Below, piece after piece: positions 1 through 9,283 of a stretch of 64,000 nucleotides of DNA. The notes below the pieces were generated by a model that saw only the letters and a list, made by a program, of their open reading frames with translations, was not told the origin of the DNA and made no database searches. The position numbers were made by a program, and so were the translations under genes. Positions within the stretch are counted from its first letter, which is position 1; each line of letters starts with the position of its first letter. Origin of the DNA: a virus (lineage: Duplodnaviria > Caudoviricetes); IMG/VR virus record IMGVR_UViG_3300044856_000241, positions 1 to 64,000 of that record; one strand, written 5' to 3'.

Positions 1-2
1 TT

Positions 3-1524
3 GAAAATGTCAAGAAATCTCTCGGCACTTTGAATGCCGACAAAGGAATGAAAAATATTCTTACAGCAATCAACAGTATCGACTCATCTCTCACCACTCT
101 GGTAGCGAATCTTAAAGGTGTAACCAGCATTAATACTGGTGGTGCTGAAAAGGAAATAAAAGATTTAGCATCTGCAGGTGATAAAGCTGCCGATAGCATG
201 GAACGTGCTGCACAGGCGAGAAAGAAGTTGGCTGAAACGGATCTTTCATCCGGTGGAAGTAAAACTGCTGAGGCTCAGACAAAAGCCAAAGCTAAACGGC
301 AAGAGCAATTAGCTAAAGCAAAAGCTGCCGCACTTTCAAAATCTCGTCAAAATGCCAAAAATGAAACACAGACTTCTGTTAATAATGCTGTAAAAAAACA
401 GTTAGAGTCTTGGAGAGAAATTCAAAAAATCAGATTACAGATGTCAAAGACAACTGATACTGGTGAACTTTCGAGATTAGAAGCAATGAAGAAAGTAGAA
501 CAAGAAAGATATCTTGCAGCTACAAAAATCTTGAATGTTAATCGAGAGTTGTATGATTATGAAGCGCAGAGTTATAAGCTTCAGAAAGCATCGAAAGATA
601 CTACAAATGCTATTGCAAATAACCAGGCAAAAGAGCAGGCTAAAGCTGCTGAAGCTCAGGCAAAAGCAATTCGTGATCAAAAATCATCTGTTGATTCAAT
701 GGTTTCTTCTTCTCAGAGACTCGTAAACGGCTTTAGTCATAAAAACAACGTCCACCCAAGTGATAAATATGTGGAAACGGTTAAAAAAGCAACAGATGCT
801 CTTAAAGAGATGGAAAACATTCAGAAAAAAATCGAGAATGATCAAAACGGTGTTGCAACTAAAGAGCAGATTGAAGATCTTGAGAAATACAAAAAAAAGA
901 TTGAAGAATGCAAAGAAGAAATAAGTAAGATGTCGGCTGCTGAAAAAGGTTCTACTGATGAAAAAGCAACTAAGGAAATCAAAAAGATTTATGAGGCTCT
1001 TGAAAAAAATAGTAGGATGTCTTCTGAAGCAAAAGCTCAGTTACATGGCTATATCACTGAACTGAAGAATAATCCGTCTGCTAACGTAGAAGAAATTGCT
1101 ACTGCATGGAAGAAAGTTGTAATTGCTGAAAAAGAAGCTGGACGAGGCGGTAAATCACTCTTGTCTGCTGTTGGAGAAAAAGCATTTTATGGATTAGCTG
1201 GACAGATTGCAGGTATGGTAAGTCTGTGGGACGTAATTAATCTGGGTAAACAGGCAGTAAATCAGGTAGTTGAACTTGATACTGCATTGGTTGATTTACA
1301 GAAGACTACAACTATGTCTTCTTCTCAGTTGAATCAGTTTTATTATGATGCCAATGATGTAGCAAAACAAATGGGTGTAACAACTCAGGAAATTATTGAG
1401 CAAGCAAGTGCTTGGAGCCGTTTGGGATATTCTAATGCCGAAGCTGCTACGCAGATGGCACAATTAAGTTCACAGTTTGCTTCTATTTCTCCTGGTATGG
1501 AAACTAATGATGCTCAAGAGGGGT
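3..1524 (+). CDS. Tape measure protein, exon 1 (5' end outside the window)
   Basis: Frame is open from position 3. Ala/Lys/Glu-rich coiled coil ending in the TP901-type TMP core (VVELDTALVDLQKTT...SAWSRLGYS). Stops at a group I 5' splice site. Confidence 0.9.
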
Positions 1525-3152
1525 AAACCTTACTAGCCCCAAATATACAGTAATGTATGTTTTAGATGACAACTATATCGGTTAAAAACCTGCGAAGGTC
1601 AAGACCGAGCAAAGACTTATAACATAAAATGACATAAATATAAATGAAAGAAGAATATAATATTATTGGGAAAATGTAAACAAGGTGATGTTTATGGTCG
1701 CCTAACGCTTATGAAAAAAGGTGAGAAAAATAAGTATGGCGTAGATCAATGGTGGTGCCAATGTAATTGTGGGAATCCAGCCTGGTGTTTAGTTGCTGAA
1801 AGTCAATTAATTCCAGGTAAAACAAAATCATGTGGATGTTTAGCCACCGAAAATAAAAGAAAAATTGGTAAAAACAATATTAAAATCACTTTTGAAGATT
1901 GGTGTAATTCTAATAATAAAAGTGATTTCCTTGATTTATGGGATGATGAATTAAATGATGAATCTCCTGATGCCATTGGTTATAGCAGCTCAAAAGACTG
2001 CTATTTTTTATGTCAAAATGATTCAAATCATCATCCAACATTTAAATTAAGAAATATTACTAAAGATGGACAATATCATAATATTGATTGTTATATCTGC
2101 AATTCGTTTGGATATAATCTAATATTAAAATATGGACAAGATGCTTTAAATAAATATTGGGATTATGATAAAAATAATGGAATAGATCCATTATTAATAG
2201 CTAAGAATACTAATAAAAAATTGTATATCTATTGCCAAAATAATCAGAAACACGGTTCATATCCTGTAACTGGTACACACTTTTGGCAAAGAGGACAAAG
2301 ATGTCCGTATTGTGCAAAAAGAAAAGTTTTCAAAGAAGAATCATTGGGGTATTTACATCCTGAAGTATTAGATTTATGGTCTGATAAAAACCAAAAATCT
2401 CCTTATGAATTTTCAGAATCGTCGGGGAGACGGGTGTTTTGGAAATGCAACGAAGGAGTGCATGATGATTACAGTCGTACAATTAAAGATTCAAAGAAAA
2501 CTTATTTTGTTTGTCCAGAATGTAGAAAACTTGATACAGAATCAAATTTAGAAAAATCTGTAAAATCTTTTATTCAAAATAATTATTCATATACCATTAA
2601 TACAGAATATGACTGTAGTATAGTTCCTATTAATCCAAAAACAAATCACAAATTACCATATGATAACGAAGTTAAAGAGTTGAAATTAATTATAGAAGTT
2701 CACGGCGAACAACACTATCAGGTTTGCCAATTTACAACTCTTGCTGCACAAAAATATAATATCTCACCAGAAGAACAATTAGAGTATCAACAATGGAAAG
2801 ATAATTTCAAAAAAGAATATGCTTTAAAAAATGGATATTCTTATTTAGAAATTCCTTATTGGACTATAAAGAATAATACATATAAAGAAATTATAGATAA
2901 TAAAATTAAAGAATTATGTTATAAGAATGCGTAACGACTGTTGTGATTTATATGTGATAAAAAGCGTATATATCCAAGTTGTCTATCCTACTCTTCTGTT
3001 TTTATGTCAAACAGAGAAAAGAGGATATAATATACAGTCTGCTCTCACACTATAATCTAAAAATAAAATGTGAGAGGTAGCAAGAAATTACTGCCCGCCA
3101 TAATTATATTAATTATGGTCAGTACCATTTTTGATGGGAAAGTAACAGAAGG
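1525..3152 (+). mobile_element. Group I intron (intron 1 of the TMP gene) with homing endonuclease in P6
   Basis: P1: exon GGGGT pairs with GCCCC (U.G at 1524). P10: TTACTA pairs with 3' exon TAGTGA. P3: GACAACT/AGTTGTC. A 12-bp stem CTTATAACATAA (1616-1627)/TTATGTTATAAG (2914-2925) encloses the ORF. P7: GACTG/CAGTC. Terminal G at 3152. Splicing gives in-frame AQEG-L-VSIMKAW. Confidence 0.92.
1666..2934 (+). CDS. Intron-encoded homing endonuclease: zinc-ribbon repeats plus C-terminal Vsr/EDxHD-like nuclease domain
   Basis: N-terminal GRLT..WWCQCNCG..GKTKSCGC, repeated CPYC/CPEC zinc ribbons, and C-terminal LPYD...IIEVHGEQHY...KDNFKKEYA...LEIPYW. Confidence 0.8.
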   Translation: MGKCKQGDVYGRLTLMKKGEKNKYGVDQWWCQCNCGNPAWCLVAESQLIPGKTKSCGCLATENKRKIGKNNIKITFEDWCNSNNKSDFLDLWDDELNDESPDAIGYSSSKDCYFLCQNDSNHHPTFKLRNITKDGQYHNIDCYICNSFGYNLILKYGQDALNKYWDYDKNNGIDPLLIAKNTNKKLYIYCQNNQKHGSYPVTGTHFWQRGQRCPYCAKRKVFKEESLGYLHPEVLDLWSDKNQKSPYEFSESSGRRVFWKCNEGVHDDYSRTIKDSKKTYFVCPECRKLDTESNLEKSVKSFIQNNYSYTINTEYDCSIVPINPKTNHKLPYDNEVKELKLIIEVHGEQHYQVCQFTTLAAQKYNISPEEQLEYQQWKDNFKKEYALKNGYSYLEIPYWTIKNNTYKEIIDNKIKELCYKNA

Positions 3153-3946
3153 TAGTGAGTATCATGAAGGCATGGGACATTGGTGTTGACGATGTTAAGT
3201 CCGAAATTATGGACAAAATTAATATTCTAGGCAACACAATGGCTGAATCAAATCAGGATATTGTTGAAGGTATGGAACGTTCTGCCGCCGCATTAGCAGC
3301 TGTTGGAACTTCAACAGAAGATGCGTTTGCCATGTTTAGTGGTATCAATGAGGTTCTGCAAAATGCAGAAAAAAGTGGTACCGCCCTTCGATCAATTTCT
3401 TTGCGTCTGAGATCTTTCGATGAATCTACAGAAGAATATTCGGATGATCTCAAGAATATTACAGGCGAACTCGTAGACTTGACAAAAACAGCACAACACA
3501 CTCAAGGTGTATCTGTTTTTAAAGATGGATCTACGACAGAGTTCAAAAGCCTAGTTGAGTATTTTGGAGAAATAAATGAAATCTGGGACGAAATGACTCA
3601 GAAACAACAAAATGATTTCCTTATTAAAGCATTTGGTAGAACTCAGGCACAAGCTGGATCTGCATTAATTCAGAACTATGCTGGAGTCACAAAAGCTCTT
3701 GATGAAATGTCAAATAGTGCAGGAAGTGCTGATAAGGAAATGGAAACTATCAAATCATCTTTGGAATATAAGCTCAATGCGTTGAAAGAAACGTGGGTTG
3801 GAACCGCACAAAAGATGGCTGACAGGAGCGTTTTGGGTGGTATAATTGATGGTTTAACAACAATTTCTGAACTTATTGGTAAAGTAGGTGTTGTGCCTAC
3901 GGCAATTACCGGTGCTGGAATATTTGGATTTGTTAAAAACTTTCGT
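3153..3946 (+). CDS. Tape measure protein, exon 2
   Basis: Continues the TMP core (DKINILGN...SGTALRSISLRLR...YKLNALKETW) and ends GAGIFGFVKNFR at the predicted second 5' splice site. Confidence 0.88.
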
Positions 3947-4540
3947 TAACCCGAGTAGGGTAAATGTTTGCTTAATCTAACAGTTGCGAATCATAGTCAA
4001 GGAAACAACATAATGGCGTTGTGGACAAGTCTATGGATACATGGAGTTTTTAACAATCAAAAATTACAGCACTTAAATATAAAACAAAAATCTCTGGAAC
4101 ACAACGGAGAATAAACTAATTACATGGAGGAGTAAATGCTTGAAATCTGGTGAAATTCAACTTCACCCTCGGATCACATTACAAACCGACAACTCTATAT
4201 CCTTATACATTAATAATGTCTGTAGTATAAGGATTGCAGAATAGGTTGCGAAAGTAGAAAAAATTGTTAATGTGGGTATATGGTAATATCAGAGAGATCT
4301 GATAGGTGCCTAAGTATCATAAACAACAGACAACGAGCAGGACGGCACTCTTAATGACTATATATAGAAATGAAAAGTCAGATACAGAGAATATCTGTAT
4401 TGAGAGCAATCCCCACAGACATACCGATCCTCTACGTAGGTCACTGCCATAAATGTGACATCTGCGTATAATGCATAGTGTGCATTGCGATTTTAGTGAG
4501 ATTTCAGTAATGCATTTGGATATGTGTTTTATCCAACGAC
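3947..4540 (+). ncRNA. Ribozyme-core-like structured RNA of intron 2
   Basis: Group I helix order: P3 GGAGGA (4126-4131)/TCCTCT (4428-4433), P4 TGCTTG (4137-4142)/CGAGCA (4334-4339), P6a CTCTTAAT/ATTGAGAG, P8 TACGTAGGTCAC/GTGACATCTGCGTA, then TATAATGCATAGTGTGC (cf. TATAATATACAGTCTGC in intron 1). P7 is atypical. Confidence 0.7.
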
Positions 4541-4719
4541 CACCTGATTAGCAATTTTTTGTTATTCAGGAAAATCCACAAACTAAACAGACCAACATTA
4601 TTATAATGTTGAACCACTCCGTCCTAGTGGTGATAAGAAAGGACGAAAAATTTGCTTATACTACTCTCTTATTGTATAATAATTACAAAAATAATTATAT
4701 TACAAAGGAGAATACATAT

Positions 4720-4830
4720 ATGAACAAAGAAAACAAAATTACAAAACAGAAACCGGTAAAAGAAACGTTTGATACAAAACCCAAACATACCCCTCAACCG
4801 GATAAACAGGATAAAAAGGATGGTGAATAA
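4720..4830 (+). CDS. Small Lys/Pro-rich hypothetical peptide (36 aa)
   Basis: AAGGAG SD before ATG 4720; coupled to the next gene. Confidence 0.45.
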   Translation: MNKENKITKQKPVKETFDTKPKHTPQPDKQDKKDGE

Positions 4831-4832
4831 TC

Positions 4833-5444
4833 ATAGATACGATTATTGAAAATTTGCCGCAATTTATACCATATTTAGTAACAGGATTTTTGTTCTGTTA
4901 TGTGTATAGATTTGCATCATTGAAAGAAAAACAAAAAGATATAGACCATATCCTCATAAAATCTTTTGTATTCGGATATATTATATATTATTTGGCGAAG
5001 ATTATTCCACATGGTAAAATCTCAGATGGTATTTATCCAATAATTATTACAGTTGTGTCTCTTGTCATTGCTTATATATTTGCAAAAATTGCTACCAGTG
5101 TGAAATTTGGTCAATTATTAGGATTTTTGCATATATGGCAAACTGGAAATGATTTGCTTTGGGACGATATTATAATCGATCCTGATTATGGAGTTAAGGC
5201 AGAAATTTCATTATCAGAAAAAGTATTTTCAGGTTATATCCATTATTATGAAGGACATACAAGTACGCCACATGTCGTACTGTGCTTATACAAAGTAAAG
5301 GATCAAAACGGAAACGTATTAGAAGATTATTCTAAAGATCCATCAGTAATAATTACACTTAATACTGCCGATGCCGAAAGTGTAAAACTGGAATATGCAA
5401 ATGAAAGTATTCACACAAAAGATATTAGTGCATTTTTAGGATAA
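4833..5444 (+). CDS. Membrane protein, DUF6338-like (intron cargo)
   Basis: Three N-terminal hydrophobic helices, an LWD motif and a beta-rich soluble tail. Start probably ATA 4833 after GGTGA (TTG 4854 is the alternative). Confidence 0.55.
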   Translation: MDTIIENLPQFIPYLVTGFLFCYVYRFASLKEKQKDIDHILIKSFVFGYIIYYLAKIIPHGKISDGIYPIIITVVSLVIAYIFAKIATSVKFGQLLGFLHIWQTGNDLLWDDIIIDPDYGVKAEISLSEKVFSGYIHYYEGHTSTPHVVLCLYKVKDQNGNVLEDYSKDPSVIITLNTADAESVKLEYANESIHTKDISAFLG

Positions 5445-5568
5445 AACTTGATTATAATCTCATATTATGGAGAATATAATAAATATAGGAGGTACTTTTG
5501 TACCTACTAAGAAGATGATGATTGTGAGATGAATTATTCTTGATTAGAGAATATACAATTGGAGAATA

Positions 5569-5772
5569 TTATTTGAAGAAAGTTATGAAGTTCTCGAATA
5601 ATTTCAAGATCTTATGATTGTTTGTGGCAATATCTGTAATCGCTTTTGTCTGATCGCCAGATAATTCCGGATGATCGCAAATTTGATCAACGGTATGGTT
5701 TTGGGAATAATAAAACATACCGGCAAGAACTACCACGACGATTGCAACTATAATAATTGTCGCAATGTACAA
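5569..5772 (-). CDS. Small single-pass membrane protein with a structured leader
   Basis: Strong SD AAAGGAGG, N-terminal hydrophobic helix, long hairpin at 5876-5967 upstream. Confidence 0.65.
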   Translation of the reverse strand: MYIATIIIVAIVVVVLAGMFYYSQNHTVDQICDHPELSGDQTKAITDIATNNHKILKLFENFITFFK

Positions 5773-6061
5773 TCTAAACTACCCTCCTTTCCTGTAAGAT
5801 TTTTACAAGGAAATTTGTATCGCCCAGAACGGGCAGAAATTCATCCTAGAGCCAACTTACAATCGGCTCTCCCACATGATAGAATAGAAAACTACCAAGC
5901 ACTTACCGTGTAATGGAATAGCGATGTGGTAACGCTATTCGTAGTCTGCTTGGTACTATTCTATCATACTAAATGTGTAATTTACAGACGGAACATTTGT
6001 TTCTATATTTACATCTATTACATTTGTATGATAAAATAGTTCATGCGAACAGATATCATAA

Positions 6062-6108
6062 TATCAAAAGAGCCGTTAGAAAAATGTCTCTAATGGCTCT
6101 TTTGATAT
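6062..6108. terminator. Long inverted repeat, probable terminator
   Basis: TATCAAAAGAGCCGTTAGA / TCTAATGGCTCTTTTGATA. Confidence 0.55.
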
Positions 6109-6310
6109 CCAGCGATAAATAATACATCCGGACAGTGTTGTATTATTTTTGGATATAAATATTATATCATATCGTTACTAATTTGCAAACCATATTAATT
6201 TATAGTCAATCTTGCACAAAATTTTATCTCTAAATCAGTTATTTTACCGCTATCATTTTTGTGATGGTTGTGTATAATATAATTAAGGAATCAGAAATGA
6301 TTTCTATATT

Positions 6311-6420
6311 AAATTATGTACTGTGACCGTATATATCAGTAACCATAAAAAGAAGGTACGGGTTCAAATTATTTCCGCTACCCAGTATGCGGCTAATAAA
6401 AGGCTGGGGTTCAAATTATT
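6311..6420 (+). ncRNA. cptI: Type III antitoxin RNA (CptI-like): two pseudoknot repeats delimited by AAATTAT
   Basis: Repeat 1: TACTG/CAGTA plus CCGTAT/GTACGG. Repeat 2: CCGC/GCGG plus CCCAG/CTGGG. Both are H-type pseudoknots ending GGTTC-AAATTATT. TATAAT upstream; terminator then toxin downstream. Confidence 0.8.
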
Positions 6421-6449
6421 ACCCTACTGGTTATCAGTAGGGTACTTTT
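6420..6449 (+). terminator. Intrinsic terminator between antitoxin repeats and toxin gene
   Basis: TACCCTACTG/CAGTAGGGTA then CTTTT; standard type III TA layout. Confidence 0.8.
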
Positions 6450-6464
6450 GTACATAGGAGAAAA

Positions 6465-6971
6465 ATGGAACAAGGAAAGCTGTATTTTGTTAAAGATGAA
6501 TTTTATGATAGATTCAAAGACTGTGGCTTGTTAGAAAATAAAGAAATAATTAATGGTGAGCAACATGGTAGACCTTGCTGTTATCTATTCAAATTTACTA
6601 AAGAAGATACTGATATATATTGGATGATACCAATTTCGTCAAAAATCGACAAATACAAATCTGAATATCAGAAATCAATGAATAAATACAATATGTGTGA
6701 TAATATTAGTTTTGGATATGTACTTGGAAACGAAAGAGCATTCCTTCCGCAAAATCTATTTCCGATAACAGAAAATTACATTGATAATATTTATATTGAC
6801 AAAAATACGTCCTTACCTATTGCAATACCTGCTGATCTAATGTCTGAATTAAATAAGAAAGCAAGGAAAAAGATTAGATATAATCAGCAAGGTAAAATTT
6901 TTGGTATGTCAAATATTACAAAAATATATAATGAATTACAAAATGATATTAATAAAGGAGATACCAATTAA
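6465..6971 (+). CDS. cptN: Type III toxin endoribonuclease, CptN/ToxN family
   Basis: LYFVKDEFYDRF...NKE..HGRPC...YWMIPISSKIDKYK...AFLPQNLFPITENYI motifs, plus upstream repeat/terminator architecture. Confidence 0.85.
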   Translation: MEQGKLYFVKDEFYDRFKDCGLLENKEIINGEQHGRPCCYLFKFTKEDTDIYWMIPISSKIDKYKSEYQKSMNKYNMCDNISFGYVLGNERAFLPQNLFPITENYIDNIYIDKNTSLPIAIPADLMSELNKKARKKIRYNQQGKIFGMSNITKIYNELQNDINKGDTN

Positions 6972-6990
6972 GGTGTCTCCTTTATATTTT
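6951..6990 (+). terminator. Intrinsic terminator after cptN
   Basis: ATAAAGGAGATACC/GGTGTCTCCTTTAT followed by a T tract. Confidence 0.7.
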
Positions 6991-7060
6991 TGAAATGAAA
7001 TCATTTGTCTGATATTTAACAATGCAATATTTTTCGTTTTGTTCGTATTACTATACTCTC

Positions 7061-7171
7061 CTACCATTTATATCCACAATTTTTACATTTCATAGTCTTA
7101 CCAACGTCACTACTTGCCAAACCGAATAAGCCTGTAGATAGCCAGCGTTTTGTACCGGGTTGAGTAGAGAA
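7061..7171 (-). pseudogene. C-terminal remnant of a zinc-ribbon protein gene
   Basis: Translates to PGTKRWLSTGLFGLASSDVGKTMKCKNCGYKW*, homologous to the C-terminus of 8900..9283. In-frame stop upstream and no N-terminal start. Confidence 0.75.
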
Positions 7172-7229
7172 TTATATAGTATACCCATATATATCCCATA
7201 CAAATTTGAATAAAAGGAGAACTTTAAAC

Positions 7230-7415
7230 ATGAATAATACTGAAATAAAAATCCCATACACAGAAGATAATAAATTTATGTGGCTATTAAACAGATATAA
7301 TACAGAAAAATGCGATAACTTTATTTTTTTTGAAGCAATTCATATTTTAGCCACCACATCTGATAATATGGTAAAACTTAAAACATTAGAATTGCTTCAA
7401 AATCTTCAGTACTAA
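7230..7415 (+). CDS. Hypothetical protein (intron cargo)
   Basis: AAAGGAG SD before ATG 7230. Confidence 0.55.
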   Translation: MNNTEIKIPYTEDNKFMWLLNRYNTEKCDNFIFFEAIHILATTSDNMVKLKTLELLQNLQY

Positions 7416-7629
7416 GATAAAGCAATAGTACCATCTTTCATATTCCTAGAAAGTAGGTGATATTTTGAAAAAACTAAAACATTGGTTAGTATGTAAAATT
7501 ATAAAGCTTGGGGTTGACTACTCAGTTTTAATTTGCACAGCTAGAATTAAACTCTGCAAATTAAAACTGGCAATCAAGAAGAAACTTTTAGGTTAGTCAG
7601 ACCTTGCCATTTATATCCGCAATTTTTAA

Positions 7630-7800
7630 CTAAAAATCACTCTTACAATTATTACAGTGCCATTGTTTACCTACCTTTTTACTGCCTAGTCCAAAGAAAC
7701 TAACTGATGCCATACGTGATATGGTTGATACTTTCTTTACGTTGACTGATCCGCAGTAAGGGCAGGTAACTTTGCGCATTGATTCTGCTAATTTATTCTG
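7630..7800 (-). pseudogene. Second C-terminal remnant of the zinc-ribbon gene family
   Basis: Translates to QNKLAESMRKVTCPYCGSVNVKKVSTISRMASVSFFGLGSKKVGKQWHCNNCKSDF*; no SD. A third scrap, KNCGYKW, follows at 7607-7627. Confidence 0.75.
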
Positions 7801-7944
7801 TTAGAAGAACTTATATACAACAAATTCCACCACAAAAGTAATTGCTATAAATATTATGCATACAAGAGATGTTTTAATAAATTCTTCGATTATTGATAAA
7901 ACTATTGTAAACAATTATATAAAAAATTTTAATGAGGTGATAAT

Positions 7945-8097
7945 ATGATTACAAGAGAACAACTTGAACGAATTGCTAATAATTGTGGTGTAAAAGTTTC
8001 ATATTCAAAACCAGGTGACGGTGGATTTATTATTGAATCTAGTGGAATTAAATATAAATCCATGACAGATGAATTTGTTAAAGGCTATAAAAAATGA
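7945..8097 (+). CDS. Small hypothetical protein (50 aa)
   Basis: GAGGTG SD; MITREQLERIANNCGVKVSYSKPGDGGFII...; below the ORF-track cut-off. Confidence 0.55.
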   Translation: MITREQLERIANNCGVKVSYSKPGDGGFIIESSGIKYKSMTDEFVKGYKK

Positions 8098-8233
8098 TAG
8101 TTTTTGGTAATAATTAACAAATACCTATTTGAAAATAGTGTACTTTTTCTATTTCTTTTTATTGATATTTGATTATAATATAATTATAGGGTACTGTACC
8201 CTTTATACTGGTAATGAAAGGAGATGTTGTTTT

Positions 8234-8404
8234 ATGAATGATAAAAAACAAACGAAAGACAATTTAAAATTATTAAAAGAACATGCAAAAAAAAGAAGCA
8301 TCTCTTTTTCTTCTAATCCGAAACCAGCTGAAAATGTGCAGATTGAAAATGATTTTTTCAAAGTAATTGAATCACAAATTTATAATCAGATTGCGAGGAA
8401 CTAA
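8234..8404 (+). CDS. Small protein, putative antitoxin of the downstream MazF-like toxin
   Basis: GAAAGGAG SD before ATG 8234; 56 aa; 2 nt upstream of the toxin start. Confidence 0.55.
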   Translation: MNDKKQTKDNLKLLKEHAKKRSISFSSNPKPAENVQIENDFFKVIESQIYNQIARN

Positions 8405-8406
8405 AG

Positions 8407-8817
8407 ATGAATCTTAAACGAGGTGAAATATACTATTTGGTATTCCCATATACTCTTGATCCAAAGTATCCACATGGTAAACCAAAGTTTGTATTAGTTT
8501 TACAAGAAGGAGAATATTTTCAAAAATACGACACTGTTGAAATTATGCTTATAACATCAGATAAACAGTATAAGCCACGAGAAAAATTTGCCACAGATGT
8601 TGAAATAGAGGTTGGAACAACTAAATTAAAACAAAAATCATGGGTGTTATGTTCTCAGCCATATCCAATCCCCAAAAGTCTTTTTGAGCAAAAAGATGTA
8701 TGGTGTGCTGGCTCTTTATCCGCAGAAAAAATGGACGAAATTGACGAAGCTACATATATTGGATTATGTATGGGGTTACAACATGAATTGGCAATAGAAC
8801 CAGCTGATGAAGATTAA
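8407..8817 (+). CDS. PemK/MazF-family toxin
   Basis: KRGEIYYLVFP...GKPKFVLVLQ...LITS...SWVLCSQ...GSLSAEKMDEIDEA pattern. Confidence 0.75.
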   Translation: MNLKRGEIYYLVFPYTLDPKYPHGKPKFVLVLQEGEYFQKYDTVEIMLITSDKQYKPREKFATDVEIEVGTTKLKQKSWVLCSQPYPIPKSLFEQKDVWCAGSLSAEKMDEIDEATYIGLCMGLQHELAIEPADED

Positions 8818-8834
8818 TTTTAAATTGTAAATGT

Positions 8835-8867
8835 ATAAGGAGAATATCTTGTTAATATTCTCCTTAT
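8835..8867. terminator. Terminator between convergent genes
   Basis: ATAAGGAGAATAT/ATATTCTCCTTAT inverted repeat. Confidence 0.65.
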
Positions 8868-8899
8868 TTGTTTATGTTTCTCTCTTCTATTATTATCTC

Positions 8900-9283
8900 T
8901 TAAAACTTACTACCACAATTTTTACACTTCCACGTTTTACCCAAATCACCGGCACCAAATATTCCAAAGAATCCTACTTTTGCTGCCTTGCCTACATTTG
9001 AAAGTTTTGTAAGGTTTGTGGAACCACATATCGGGCAGGTAGGGAGATGAAGTGGTTCTGGTTTTACATACGAATTATCTTCGTCTGGATGTTCTTTGTC
9101 GTATTTATCATCCATCGCACACATATCAGCCCATAACGATTTTGCTGTAATATCATCGCACTTAACAATTTTCTTTATGGTTAATACTCCATTTTCCATA
9201 TCTTTTTCCATTACATATTGAAATAAATCAAGGCTATCATCATCGACCCCATTTATTGCTTTTAACATTTCATCATAAGTCAT
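8900..9283 (-). CDS. Zinc-ribbon protein with a hydrophobic hairpin (CPICGS...GFFGIFG...KCKNCG)
   Basis: GGAGG SD; two CxxC pairs around a Gly-rich hydrophobic segment. Confidence 0.8.
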   Translation of the reverse strand: MTYDEMLKAINGVDDDSLDLFQYVMEKDMENGVLTIKKIVKCDDITAKSLWADMCAMDDKYDKEHPDEDNSYVKPEPLHLPTCPICGSTNLTKLSNVGKAAKVGFFGIFGAGDLGKTWKCKNCGSKF

